From an uncultured Acidobacteriota bacterium (GTDB lineage: Bacteria > Acidobacteriota > Thermoanaerobaculia > Multivoradales > UBA5704), in contig CAVYRF010000002.1 in assembly GCA_963770895.1 (NCBI GenBank), positions 2,208,001 through 2,272,000 of the forward strand: 64,000 nt of DNA, written 5' to 3'. Below the pieces are notes generated by a model. The model saw nothing but the letters and a program-made list of their open reading frames with translations. It had not been told where the DNA came from and searched no databases. Below are positions 1-10,041 of this stretch, one piece after another (the first letter of the stretch is position 1; every line of letters begins with the position of its first letter). Made by a program: the position numbers and the translations under genes.

Positions 1-1474
1 CGAGGAGGTGCCGACGATCTCCTCCTTCCACGCCGACCGCGCGACACCGGCGCCGCTGTCGTTCGCGCAGGAGCGCTACTGGGGCGGGCGCCACTTCGAG
101 GCGCGCACGGTGGCCTCGACCATTCCGATGCTGATGCATCTGACCGGCCCGCTCGACCACGCCTGCCTGCGGCGGGCGATCGCGGCGGTGGTCGATCGCC
201 ACGAGCTGCTGCGCACCAGCTTCGCGGACAGCCCGCGGGGGCCGATCCAGATCGTCCACGCGGCGGTGCCGCTGGCCCTCCCCGAGATCGACCTCGAGCG
301 GCTCGGCGCCGCCGAGCGCATGGCGGAGGTGCGGCGGCTGAGCATCCTCGACGGCCGGCTGCATTTCGACTACGAGCGCCCGCCGCTCTTCCGCTCGACG
401 CTCTTCCGCTGGGCGGCGGACGAGCACATCCTGCTCTTCACCATCCATCACGTGGCGTCGGACTGGTGGTCGGGGTCGGTGCTGCAGGCGGAGGTCGCGG
501 CGCTCTACCTCGCCCTCCATACCGGCCAGCCCTCGCCGCTGCCGCCGCTCGCCGCGCAGTTCCAGGATTTCGCCCGCTGGCAGCGGCGGCTCTCCGCCGA
601 GGAGGCGCAGGCGAGCCAGGTGACCTTCTGGCGCGAGCACCTGACCGGGGCGGTGCCGGTCGACCTCGCCGCCGGCAGGCCGCGGCCCGCCGCGCGCACC
701 TTTGCCGCCGGCGTCGAGCCGATCCGGGTGCCGGACGATCTCGAACGGGAGCTCGACGCCTTCTCGGCGCGGCACGGCGTCACCCTGTTCATGACCCTCC
801 TCGCCGCCTTCGAGGTGCTGCTGCACCACGAGACGGGGAGCGACGATCTGGTGGTGCCGTGCAGCTTCGCCAACCGCAACCAGATCGAGACCGAGGCGCT
901 GATCGGCAACTTCGCCACCGCGTTGCCGCTGCGCACGCGGCTGTCGGGGGCGAGCACCTTCCTCGATCTGCTGGGTCGGGTGCGGGACGTGACGCTCCAG
1001 GCGCACGAGCACCCCGATATCTTCTGGAAGCCGGTCATGGAGGGCGCGAGCTTCCTGGAAGAGGGGGATCAGGGCGGCATCACCACCTTCCGGATCCTGT
1101 TCCAGGTGGTCAAGGTGGCGGCGCCGGCGGAGGAGGAGCCCGCCTCTGGCCTGCGCATCTCTCATCTGCCGGTCGACACCGGCAGGATGCGCCTCGACCT
1201 CAGCCTCTTCTTCTCCCAGACCGGGCGGCTCTCCGGACGCTTCCGCTTCAACCGCGACGTCTTCGACGAGGCGCGGATCGCCGGCATGCGCGACCGGCTG
1301 CTGCGCATCCTCGCCGCCGTCGTCGCCGACCCCGAGCGCCCGCTCGCCGACCTGGCGGCGGATGACGGAGCGGCGCGTCCCCTAGCGGTCGGCGGGGGTG
1401 ACGCGGAGGTTTGTGAAGTAGCCGTCGCTGTCGGCGTCGACGAAGAGCCCGAGCGGGCCGTGCACGGGGCCTAG
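1..1474 (+). CDS. NRPS C-terminal condensation domain (probably 5'-truncated by the window edge)
   Basis: C1 motif LSFAQER, RHELLRTSF, active-site-like HHVASDWWS, GVTLFMTLLAAF, LIGNFATALPLR; frame is open to the window start. Confidence 0.85.
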   Translation, partial: EEVPTISSFHADRATPAPLSFAQERYWGGRHFEARTVASTIPMLMHLTGPLDHACLRRAIAAVVDRHELLRTSFADSPRGPIQIVHAAVPLALPEIDLERLGAAERMAEVRRLSILDGRLHFDYERPPLFRSTLFRWAADEHILLFTIHHVASDWWSGSVLQAEVAALYLALHTGQPSPLPPLAAQFQDFARWQRRLSAEEAQASQVTFWREHLTGAVPVDLAAGRPRPAARTFAAGVEPIRVPDDLERELDAFSARHGVTLFMTLLAAFEVLLHHETGSDDLVVPCSFANRNQIETEALIGNFATALPLRTRLSGASTFLDLLGRVRDVTLQAHEHPDIFWKPVMEGASFLEEGDQGGITTFRILFQVVKVAAPAEEEPASGLRISHLPVDTGRMRLDLSLFFSQTGRLSGRFRFNRDVFDEARIAGMRDRLLRILAAVVADPERPLADLAADDGAARPLAVGGGDAEVCEVAVAVGVDEEPERAVHGA

Positions 1475-2110
1475 CTTGAGGCCATCGACGGTGAGCGCCG
1501 GCCGGGCGGCGTCGCGCAGATAGAAGCGTGCCTGGCTGCCGGCGACGACGATCCGCACGTGGGTCCAGACACCGGGCTCGACGTCGCCCGGCTTCTCATA
1601 GACGCCGGGGCTCTCCTTGCGCAGGCGATCGAAATAGAAAGCCGGATAGGAGATGTACTGCACCACGTGGCTGCGGCGCACCGGGTCGTCGGCGTGCCCG
1701 TTGGTCATGCGCAGATAGATGCATTCGAAGCGCAGAGGGTCCTGCTGCACGTGGAAGGCGAGGCCGATGAAGCCGCGCGCATCGTCGGGCGCGCCGGGGA
1801 CCGGCGCGGCGGCGACGTCGAGGGTGACGGTGCCGTTCGCGAAGTCGGTGCCCTTGAGGATGGCGAGGGTGCGGCCGCCGCTGCCGCCGTGCGGCTCGTC
1901 GACCAGATGGATGGCCCGCCGGCCGCGGTAGTCGACCACCTCGCCCTTGACGCGGACCAGATCGAGGGCGGCCAGGGAGTCGAGCGGGACCGCACCCGAA
2001 GAGACCGGATGCGGTCCGCTGACGGCCATGAAGGCCAGGGCCGCCGCCGCCAGCGCCGCGAGCAGCAGCGGCGCGGGCGACGGCGGCGAGGGGATGCTCT
2101 TGCGGCTCAC
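1382..2110 (-). CDS. Secreted DUF1080-like (3-keto-disaccharide hydrolase / concanavalin-like) protein
   Basis: 3' part of ORF 1382..3484; GTG at 2110 next to upstream stop; signal peptide LLLAALAAAALAF; DFANGTVTLDV, GFIGLAF, YFTNLRV. Confidence 0.65.
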   Translation of the reverse strand: MSRKSIPSPPSPAPLLLAALAAAALAFMAVSGPHPVSSGAVPLDSLAALDLVRVKGEVVDYRGRRAIHLVDEPHGGSGGRTLAILKGTDFANGTVTLDVAAAPVPGAPDDARGFIGLAFHVQQDPLRFECIYLRMTNGHADDPVRRSHVVQYISYPAFYFDRLRKESPGVYEKPGDVEPGVWTHVRIVVAGSQARFYLRDAARPALTVDGLKLGPVHGPLGLFVDADSDGYFTNLRVTPADR

Positions 2111-2115
2111 GCGGG

Positions 2116-3744
2116 CTAGTTCGACTCCGACGCGGCAAAGAAGATGTCGGGATAGCCGGTGCGGCTGTCGGTCCAGGCGGAGAAGATGCTGGTGCCCAGC
2201 GTATTGAAGCCGATGTAGTCGCCGAAGTTGGAGAGCAGGCCGTTGCCGAACGTGTAGGTGGCCTTGCACCAGTTGCTGGTCGCCGACGAAATCTTGATCG
2301 GCTTGCCGAAGCTCTCGCCGCCGTTGGTCGACTGCACCATGTAGGTGTTGACCAGCGACACCGCCGGGCCGCTGCGGGTGGCCGCCGGACCGATGCCGAC
2401 GTTGCACTCGACCACCGTCGGATCGGGGTTCAGCTGGACCTCCTGGCTTTCGAGATATTCGACGTCGACCTCGTTGTTGTCGCCGATCGCGATCGTCGGC
2501 CAGAAGCGCTTGAGGCCGGTGGGCGGCACCGGCGGCCCGATCGGCACCGGCGCGCTCCAGGTCACGCCGCCGTTGTCCGAGAAGATGATGAAGCTTTCGA
2601 TCGAGACCAGCGACTGCTTCGTCACCGGGCTCATCACCGGCTGCACGGGCTGGTAGTAGGAGAGATAGACGCGGCCCCAGTGGCGGCCGGAGGTGAGGAC
2701 CGCGAGGCGCGGCTGGTCGTTCAACCGGTTCTTGCCGTAGCCCACCGGCGGATCCTGATAGTTGGAGTTGATCAGCGCCGCCGGCGCCGGCGAAGAGAAG
2801 GTCTCGCCGCCGTCGACGGAGCGCGAGAAGTAGATGGCCGCGTTGGTGTTGAACGTGCCGTCGAGATTGATGTGCGGGCCGTACTGCCAGGCGACGTAGA
2901 CCTCGCCGCGCGGGCCGACGGTGACCGTGGAGGCGACCTGGAGGTTGCCGGAGGCGCCGCAGTTGGGATTGTTCGGATTCTGGTTGTCGGCGCCCTCCGG
3001 GCTCACGATCGCCGGCCCGAGCCAGGTGTCGCCGCCGTCGTGGGTGCGCCAGACCTCGATCTGTCCGGCGCCGGCGTTCGGCACGTCGCAGATGCCGATG
3101 GCGTCGTCCTCGACGACGTAGGCGGTGCGGCTGCCGTCCTTGGCCGTGGCGATCGACATGCGGGTGAAGGAGGCGTTGACGCTCGGCGGGGCCAGGTTGG
3201 TCGCGTCGTCCCAGCTGAACGAGTGACCGCTGAAGTGGCCGCGGTAGACGGCGAGGCCGCGCGGCGTGCCCTTGGTCGAGTCCCACAGGCGGGAGACCTC
3301 GAAGTAGGTCTCGTCGCTGGGGTTGTGATCGGAGGACTTGGCGGGCGGCATCACGTCGACCCAGGAGTGGCCGGCGGTCGACTCGTTGCCGATCGGAGCG
3401 AGCGCGCCGCCGTCGGTCCAGCTGTGCCCGCCGTCGGTCGAGAAGGCGAAGCTGCCGACCCCCGAGGGATCGGTCGGCGTACATGCCTTGCCGGAGGGTG
3501 GGCCGCAGAGCCCCTGCAAGCTGTCGAAGCCGATGAGCAGATTGCGGCCAGAGGCGCTGGGCGCGATGGTGGGCGAGCTGCGGCCGGTGAAGTTATCGGG
3601 GAACGGCTGTTGTGGGGCGTCGACCTGGACGTTTCTCCCCACTTCAACCTCGTTGCCGGCGGCGTACGCCGGAGCGGTGAATCCCGTGGCCAGAGCCAGC
3701 GCGCACAACCCGGCTCCAACCGCAGCTCTCCTCAACTCGAACAT
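2116..3744 (-). CDS. Secreted BNR/Asp-box repeat (sialidase-like beta-propeller) protein
   Basis: AAGGAGG RBS before ATG 3744; signal peptide; Asp-boxes STDGGHSW, THDGGDTW, SVDGGETF, SDNGGVTW, STNGGESF; GDYIG. Confidence 0.8.
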   Translation of the reverse strand: MFELRRAAVGAGLCALALATGFTAPAYAAGNEVEVGRNVQVDAPQQPFPDNFTGRSSPTIAPSASGRNLLIGFDSLQGLCGPPSGKACTPTDPSGVGSFAFSTDGGHSWTDGGALAPIGNESTAGHSWVDVMPPAKSSDHNPSDETYFEVSRLWDSTKGTPRGLAVYRGHFSGHSFSWDDATNLAPPSVNASFTRMSIATAKDGSRTAYVVEDDAIGICDVPNAGAGQIEVWRTHDGGDTWLGPAIVSPEGADNQNPNNPNCGASGNLQVASTVTVGPRGEVYVAWQYGPHINLDGTFNTNAAIYFSRSVDGGETFSSPAPAALINSNYQDPPVGYGKNRLNDQPRLAVLTSGRHWGRVYLSYYQPVQPVMSPVTKQSLVSIESFIIFSDNGGVTWSAPVPIGPPVPPTGLKRFWPTIAIGDNNEVDVEYLESQEVQLNPDPTVVECNVGIGPAATRSGPAVSLVNTYMVQSTNGGESFGKPIKISSATSNWCKATYTFGNGLLSNFGDYIGFNTLGTSIFSAWTDSRTGYPDIFFAASESN

Positions 3745-4052
3745 GCCGACCTCCTTATGAGAAGGGGCGCAACAGTACGGCCCTTGGGTACCTTGATGCA
3801 TCGATTATACGCAATCGCATACCTCAAGACCACGACCTGTTATTTCTCCGGTAGAAGACGATGATGCGCATAGGTGGGGGGAGTTTGGCGGCGCGGTTGC
3901 TGCGCTGGACACTGTGCGAAGCTCGTGCTTTACTAGCTTTAAGTGAAAGTCAATAGTTCCCTCGCCGCGACCTTAACTTTAAAATACATTCATTGTTGAG
4001 CTGTCTCTGCAGAGCCGGGCGTCCCCCGGCGCGTAGAGGAAAGGTTTCCGCC

Positions 4053-5153
4053 ATGGATTTCGGCCTGATGTTTTTCGCCAGCGACAAGATCGGCCAGAGC
4101 GGCAAAGGCGCCGAGCGCTATGCGCTGCTGCTTGCGGCGTCGCGCTTTGCCGACCAGCACGGCTTCAGCGCCATCTGGACCCCCGAGCGTCACTTCCATT
4201 CCTTCGGCGGCATCTTCCCGAATCCGGCGGTCACCAGCGCCGCGCTCGCGGTGACGACCGAGCGGCTGGAGATCCGGGCGGGTAGCCTGATCTCGCCGCT
4301 GCACGATCCGATCCGCATCGCCGAGGAGTGGGCGGTGGTCGACAACCTGTCCAACGGCCGCGTCGCGATCTCCTTCGGCTCGGGATGGAACATTAACGAT
4401 TTCATTTTCTTTCCCGAGCGCTATAACACTCGCCAAGCGGTGATGCACGAGCAGATTCGCGAAGTCAAGGAAATCTGGAAAACGGGTGTGGCGAAGCGCA
4501 CCAACAGCCGCGGCGAGCCGGTCGAAATTGCGATCTATCCGCGGCCGATCCAGGCCGAGCTGCCGGTGTGGATCACCTCCTCCGGCAACGTCGACACCTT
4601 CGTCAGCGCCGGCCGCGCCGGCGCCAATCTGCTCACCCATCTGATCGGCCAGGACCTGCCGACCCTGGCGACCAAAATCGCCAGCTACCGCGCGGCGCGG
4701 CGCGAGGCGGGGCACGACCCGGCCGCCGGGCGCGTGGCCCTCATGCTCCACACCTTCCTCGGCAACGACATCGACGCCGTCAAGGAGACGGTGCGCAAGC
4801 CGTTCACCGCCTACATCGCCTCCGCCATCCGGCTGGAAGAAAAGGCCGCGAGCGCCGGCGGCGTGATGAGCGGCGGCCGCCTCATGGACCCCAGCGGCGT
4901 GCCGAGCGAAGTCTTCGACGAGCTGCTCGAGCTGACCTTCGAGCGCTACTTCCACACCGCGGCCCTCATGGGCACGCCGGCCTCCTGCCGCCAGTTCGTC
5001 GGCGAGGTGGCGCGGGCGGGCGTCGACGAAGCGGCCTGCCTCATCGACTTCCTCGGCGACGAAGACGCCATTCTCGGCGGCCTCGACCTGCTCGATCGTC
5101 TGCGCCAGGACTGCGCCGCCGACAAAACTCTTTCGCAAGGGGGAAAAACGTGA
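4053..5153 (+). CDS. MupA/Atu3671-type luciferase-like flavin-dependent monooxygenase
   Basis: MDFGLMFF, WTPERHFHSFGGIFPNP, PLHDPIRIAEEWAVVDNLSNGRV, GANLLTHLIGQ. Confidence 0.9.
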   Translation: MDFGLMFFASDKIGQSGKGAERYALLLAASRFADQHGFSAIWTPERHFHSFGGIFPNPAVTSAALAVTTERLEIRAGSLISPLHDPIRIAEEWAVVDNLSNGRVAISFGSGWNINDFIFFPERYNTRQAVMHEQIREVKEIWKTGVAKRTNSRGEPVEIAIYPRPIQAELPVWITSSGNVDTFVSAGRAGANLLTHLIGQDLPTLATKIASYRAARREAGHDPAAGRVALMLHTFLGNDIDAVKETVRKPFTAYIASAIRLEEKAASAGGVMSGGRLMDPSGVPSEVFDELLELTFERYFHTAALMGTPASCRQFVGEVARAGVDEAACLIDFLGDEDAILGGLDLLDRLRQDCAADKTLSQGGKT

Positions 5154-6445
5154 CCATGACTGCCGATTACAGCTCCGCCGTCCCGGCGTTTCCGGGCAGC
5201 TTCGTCTTCTCGCTGCCCTGCACCGGCTCCACCCTCCTGCGCCTGATCCTCGATACCCACCCCGAGATCTACTGCCCGGACGAGGTGCGGCTGGGCAACG
5301 TCGTGCGCGCGCTCCACCACACGACCGAAGGTCTTTACGAGGTCGTCGCCGCGCCGGCGGGCGGCCCCGCTGCCGCCGGCGGCGCCCCCGAAAGCGCCGC
5401 CGTCGTCGAGACCCGGCGCATCGTCTGCGACCTCATGGGCCAGGCCGCGGCGCGCAAGGGCAAGAGCCGCTGGTGCGACAAGTCGCCCAGCAATCTCGGC
5501 AGCATGAGATTGATCGCAAGGGTTTTGCCCGCGGCCCGCAACATCCTCCTGCACCGCCACTGCCTCGACATGACCCAGTCGTGCCTCAAGCGCTCGACCT
5601 TCGGCTTCTACCTCGCCATCGTCGAGGACTACGTGCGCAAGAATCACCGCGATTTCCTCACCGCCACCATCCTTGCCTGGGTCGAGCAGACCGAGGAGCT
5701 CCTGCGCTTCGAAGCCGATCACGCGGGCCTCTGCCACCGCCTGCGCTACGAAGACCTGGTCGGCTCCCCCGACGCCGCCGTGGAGAGCCTCTTTGGCTTT
5801 CTGCAGGTGCCCTTCACGCCTGCCATCCTCGCCGGCGTCTTCGCCTCCCCGCGCTTCCAGCGCCAGGGCTGCGGCGACGCCGCCGTGCGCTACTCGCAAG
5901 CCATCGTCGACACGAGCGTCGGCAGCGGCGCCGATCTCGCCCCGGCCCTCGGCCGCGTCCCGCGCGATCTCTTCCAGCGCATGAACGACCTCCTCGTCCG
6001 CCTCGGCTACCTCGCGGTCGACCGCACCGCCGAAGGCTTCGACACCCATCTCGCCCGCCGCCAGCCTCCGGCCCAGGCCGGTGACACCGCGCCCGCCGCC
6101 GCCGCCGCTCCCTCCCTCTCCCTCGCCGACGTCTTCACCGGCCTCACCGAGCGCCTCCGTCTCGACCCCACCTTCGCCCCCAAGGTCGGCCAATCCTTTC
6201 AATTCGACCTCACCGGCCCCGGCGGCGGCGTCTGGGTCCTCGACCTCACCGCCGCGCCCGGCGCCGTCCACACCGGCCCCGCCCCCTCCGACGTCCAGCT
6301 GACCCTCCCGGCCGCCGACTTCGCCGCCGTCCTGACCGGCGCCCTCAACCCCATCACCGCCATCAAGCAAGGCCGCCTCCAACTCGCAGGCAACGTCGAC
6401 GAGCGCGCCCTGCAACAGCTCTTCGCCGGCCTCTTCAGCGGCTGA
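5150..6445 (+). CDS. Sulfotransferase fused to a C-terminal SCP2 sterol/lipid-binding domain
   Basis: PCTGSTLLRLILDTHPEI (PAPS loop), WCDKSP, LRYEDLV; C-terminal QFDLTGPGGGVW...LNPITAIKQGRLQLAGN; GTGA overlap with LLM stop. Confidence 0.8.
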   Translation: MTMTADYSSAVPAFPGSFVFSLPCTGSTLLRLILDTHPEIYCPDEVRLGNVVRALHHTTEGLYEVVAAPAGGPAAAGGAPESAAVVETRRIVCDLMGQAAARKGKSRWCDKSPSNLGSMRLIARVLPAARNILLHRHCLDMTQSCLKRSTFGFYLAIVEDYVRKNHRDFLTATILAWVEQTEELLRFEADHAGLCHRLRYEDLVGSPDAAVESLFGFLQVPFTPAILAGVFASPRFQRQGCGDAAVRYSQAIVDTSVGSGADLAPALGRVPRDLFQRMNDLLVRLGYLAVDRTAEGFDTHLARRQPPAQAGDTAPAAAAAPSLSLADVFTGLTERLRLDPTFAPKVGQSFQFDLTGPGGGVWVLDLTAAPGAVHTGPAPSDVQLTLPAADFAAVLTGALNPITAIKQGRLQLAGNVDERALQQLFAGLFSG

Positions 6446-6520
6446 CCTCGGGCCGGAGGCGGACGGCCGCTTCCCTGTGCGCGGCGGCTCGGCGCCCCAT
6501 CGCGTGATACGGTCGAGGGC

Positions 6521-8887
6521 ATGAGCGCTACGCCGGCGCCGCGCTCTGTGCGCCCTCGTTCTTCGCGGACAGCGCGCGGCAGGCCGCTCGCCGAGCTGCT
6601 GGCGACCTGCCTGGAAGCGCCGCGCCGGATCGACCGGCGGGTGGTGGCGCGGCTGGTGCGCGAGCTGGCGCCGGGCGGCGCCGATCCGCGGCTCGCCCTG
6701 GTGCTGCTGGCTGCATTGGTCTATGCCCGGCCCGGTCTGCTGCGCGCCGGCGACACCGCGCTGCTCGACCGCCTGCAGGCGCTGTGGCACGAAGCCCTGA
6801 CAACCGACCTCGCGGCACCGCTGGGCGCCGCCGTGCGGGCGGTGGCACAGACCGCCCTCGGCCCGGCGCTGGCCGCCCGCCTGCTGTTGCCCGCGCCTGG
6901 CCCGGGTGCCTCCGGCGCCCCTGGTGGCGCGGCGGCGCCGCTCGCCGGCGAGCGGCTGGACTGGCTGCGCTTCTTGGTGACGCGGTATCCCGACTGGATC
7001 GACCTCGATGCGCTCATCCGCTGCTGCGGCGTCGCCGCCGGCATGGTCGACAGCGAACGGGTGCTGGGAGAGCTGGTCGAACCGCTTCTCCACCATGCGC
7101 CCGAATCCTTCACGCCGGCGCGCCTGGACGCGCTGCGCGCGGCGTTCGGTGCGACCGAGCGCTGGCGCTACTTCGCGGCCTTTCTTGCCACGGAGCCGGC
7201 GGCGCCGTCCGCCACCCGGCACCGCGCCGCGGCGGCGCTTGCCGGGCAGCTGCCACGGTGCGGCGAGGCGAGGCGGCTGCGCGGCGGGCCGATGCGCTTG
7301 GCGGTGGTGCAGAACGTCGTCTTCGGCCAGGGCGACGAGCTGATCCGCCTGGCGCCGCTGCTGCAGGCGTTGCTCGACGGCCTGCCGCGGCTCGCCATCA
7401 CCCTGCTGACGCCGCGCCCCTACCTGTACGACCACCCGCGCGTGCGGGTGCTGCCGATCGGCGACTCGGCCGGCGCCGCGGCGCTGGACGGCGACTTCGA
7501 CGGGCTGATCGAGCTCTGGGAGCCCGAGGTCGCCGAGCTGAACGTCGTACCGGCGCTGCACGAGCGGGCCCGGCTGCTGGCGGCGCGACGGCCGCTCCGC
7601 CTGGAGATCGCCTGCAACCTCGGCGTCAATCACTTCGCCTTCCAGAAGGTCGCCCTCGACGGCGTCGACATCGCCGCCCGCCTGGGGCTGGACCGCCGGA
7701 CGGCACGGCAGGTCTACGATCCGGTCCGCCGCTTGCTCGTCGAGCTGGGCCTGCCTTTGCGCCGCGAACACGCGCCGCCGGCGCGCTCGCTGCTGGTCGG
7801 CATTCCGTCGCCCGAGGCGGAGGCGGCCTGGCGCGCCTTGGCTCCGGCGGGCCGTCCGGTGGCGCTCGTCAGCCCATTCGGCGGCACCCGAGAGATCAAG
7901 GGATACGCCACCGACAGACTGGACATCCTGGCGGGTGAGCTGCGCCAGCTGGTGCGTCAGGGCTATCGCGTGGTGGTGCTGCCCAACGGCCAGCCCTGGG
8001 TGACGCCCGACGTCATGGCCGCCCTGGTGACGCGGCTGCCGGTCGCCGAGCGCCGCCACCTGGCGGTGGCTCCCGATCCGGCAGGCCCGCTTCGGGCACC
8101 GTTACCCGGCGTGGACGGCGAGCGGCCCGACCTGCGGCGGCCGGCCGACCGCGTCATGCGTTGGTTCAAGTACTTCGCCGCGCGTGCCGACCTGGTGGTG
8201 AGCGTCGAGGGCTGGCTGTCCCACCTCGGCTGGCAGCTCGGTCGGCCGCTGCGAGTGGTGCTGGCGGCGCAGTCGTACGACGAGGCGTGGTACCCGCCGG
8301 CGCGCGACCGCGCGCAGCGGATCGTGGACCGGATTGCAAGCTGCCCGCCGCAGCGCGGCCGAGGGCGGGCGCCCGATTTGCTTGGCGACGGCGACCGGCC
8401 GCCGCTTCCCGGCCGCGACCGCAAGCAGCTGCTGGTCGCCGCCCTCGCCGGGCTGGGCGCCGCGGGGGGAGCCGCGGTGGAGCCGCTGCTGCTGCGGGCC
8501 GCCGGCAGCGCCGACGAGGATGTGCGAGCCGCGGCGCTCGCCGCCCTGGGCAGGCTGCCGCAGCACGAGGGCATCCGCCGGACGCTGCTGGCGGCGCTGG
8601 GCGCAGCGGACCCCGAGGTGCGGGGAGCGGCGGCGGAAGGGCTCCTGGCAAGCGGGTTCGACTGCGCGCCGGAGCTTGGCGAACGCTATCGTGACGTGCT
8701 CACCGCGCACGTGGCGATCGCCGCGCGTGCCTGGGTGAGCGTCGACGATCTCGGCGCCCCGGCCATCCCGGCGCTGGCGGTCGCCGCCGCCGGGCGGGAC
8801 GACTTCATGCGCCGTGAGGCGCGCTGGCTCCTGGGCAGGCTGCTGCGGCGGCAGGTCAGGCCGTCGCGGCAGGCGGGCGGCCGGTGA
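6521..8887 (+). CDS. Glycosyltransferase family 9-like protein with C-terminal HEAT repeats
   Basis: GQGDELIRLAPLLQAL and ADLVVSVEGWLSHLGWQLGRP resemble GT9 motifs; DEDVRAAALAALG and DPEVRGAAAEGL are HEAT-like. Confidence 0.65.
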   Translation: MSATPAPRSVRPRSSRTARGRPLAELLATCLEAPRRIDRRVVARLVRELAPGGADPRLALVLLAALVYARPGLLRAGDTALLDRLQALWHEALTTDLAAPLGAAVRAVAQTALGPALAARLLLPAPGPGASGAPGGAAAPLAGERLDWLRFLVTRYPDWIDLDALIRCCGVAAGMVDSERVLGELVEPLLHHAPESFTPARLDALRAAFGATERWRYFAAFLATEPAAPSATRHRAAAALAGQLPRCGEARRLRGGPMRLAVVQNVVFGQGDELIRLAPLLQALLDGLPRLAITLLTPRPYLYDHPRVRVLPIGDSAGAAALDGDFDGLIELWEPEVAELNVVPALHERARLLAARRPLRLEIACNLGVNHFAFQKVALDGVDIAARLGLDRRTARQVYDPVRRLLVELGLPLRREHAPPARSLLVGIPSPEAEAAWRALAPAGRPVALVSPFGGTREIKGYATDRLDILAGELRQLVRQGYRVVVLPNGQPWVTPDVMAALVTRLPVAERRHLAVAPDPAGPLRAPLPGVDGERPDLRRPADRVMRWFKYFAARADLVVSVEGWLSHLGWQLGRPLRVVLAAQSYDEAWYPPARDRAQRIVDRIASCPPQRGRGRAPDLLGDGDRPPLPGRDRKQLLVAALAGLGAAGGAAVEPLLLRAAGSADEDVRAAALAALGRLPQHEGIRRTLLAALGAADPEVRGAAAEGLLASGFDCAPELGERYRDVLTAHVAIAARAWVSVDDLGAPAIPALAVAAAGRDDFMRREARWLLGRLLRRQVRPSRQAGGR

Positions 8888-10013
8888 GAAAGCGGCTGGC
8901 GGCCGGCGCACCCCCGGCCTGCGCCTCGGCCAGCTGGCGCTTGGTGCGGAACTCCAGCTCGCGGCCGCCGCCGCACGCCTCGGCGCGCCCGTAGCATGCG
9001 GCGCTCTCGGCGAAGCGCCCCAGGCGGAAGTTGCACAGCCCGGCGGCGTCCCAGGCGAGCACGCCGAAGATCCGCTCGTCGTGCGCCAGCTGCCCGGCGC
9101 AGAGCGCCGCCGGATCGACGGCGGTGAGGCGGGACAGCAGCGGCAGCGCCGCCTCCGGGCAGCCGCCGGCGAGCAGGTGGCGCGCCCGCAACCAGACCAG
9201 CGTCCACTGGTCGGGAAACGCCGCCGCGGCTTCGGCCAGCAGGCCGTCCACCGGCTCGCCCAGCTCCATCAGCACCTGCAGCATGCCGACGTAGACCAGA
9301 CTGTCGGTCGCCGCCGGCGCCCGGGCGGCGCGCACCACGGCGAGGCCGCTCTGGTAGGCGGTACGCGCCGCCTCCAGATCGCCGATGCCATGCAGCGTGC
9401 TGCCGAGGTGCCACCAGGCATAGACGTGCTCGGGCTCGGCGCGCAGCCGCGCCTCGAGCAGCGGCCGGTTGCGCCGGTGCTTGGCCGCCATGTCGCCGTC
9501 GTAGCCCAGGTGGTCGATCGCCAGGTCGCTCTCGCCGATGGTGCCGCCGCCCTGGCGCAGCAGCTCGCCGAGCGCCGGCAGGTGGCTCTCGTGGATGACG
9601 CCGCGGAAGCGCAGGCGCGGGTCGTTGCGGAACAGACGGTGCTCGCGGTAGCGGGTGAAGCCGCGCGCCGGCCGGAAGCGCACCGTGCAGGCCAGCAGGC
9701 GAGGATCGGCGAGCTGCTCGGCGAGGCGGGAGCGGCCGGCCTCGCACACCCGCTCGTCGGCATCGATGTAGAGGACCCACCTGCCGCGCACCGCGTCCAG
9801 CGCTGCGTTGCGTGCCGCGGCAAAATCCTGCCGCCACGGGAAGTCGACGACGCGGGCGCCATGGCGATGGGCGATCTCGCGGCTGCGGTCGACGGAGCCG
9901 GTGTCGGCGATCACCACCTCATCGGCGACGCCATGGAGCGACTCCAGGCAGCCGTCCAGGAAGCGCTCCTCGTCGCGCACGATCATCGCGGCGCTGAGCA
10001 GCAGCGAGCTCAC
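8856..10013 (-). CDS. Glycosyltransferase family 2 with TPR repeats (SunS-like architecture)
   Basis: MIVRDEERFLDGCL, DTGSVDRS, DFAAARN, IDADE, IHE, HLGY, followed by TPR-like helices; start approximate. Confidence 0.88.
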   Translation of the reverse strand: MSSLLLSAAMIVRDEERFLDGCLESLHGVADEVVIADTGSVDRSREIAHRHGARVVDFPWRQDFAAARNAALDAVRGRWVLYIDADERVCEAGRSRLAEQLADPRLLACTVRFRPARGFTRYREHRLFRNDPRLRFRGVIHESHLPALGELLRQGGGTIGESDLAIDHLGYDGDMAAKHRRNRPLLEARLRAEPEHVYAWWHLGSTLHGIGDLEAARTAYQSGLAVVRAARAPAATDSLVYVGMLQVLMELGEPVDGLLAEAAAAFPDQWTLVWLRARHLLAGGCPEAALPLLSRLTAVDPAALCAGQLAHDERIFGVLAWDAAGLCNFRLGRFAESAACYGRAEACGGGRELEFRTKRQLAEAQAGGAPAASRFLTGRPPAATA

Positions 10014-10041
10014 CGGCGTTTCGGGGGCAGCGTGCCTGCCA

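Noticed and set aside
2111-3484. N-terminal 458 aa of ORF 1382..3484
   Set aside because: Arg-rich alternate frame overlapping the BNR gene; the real gene probably starts at GTG 2110.
4946-8059. 1037-aa minus-strand ORF, and other long antisense ORFs such as 20978-23608, 25970-28513 and 40671-42626
   Set aside because: Shadow frames of well-supported genes in high-GC DNA; no recognisable motifs.
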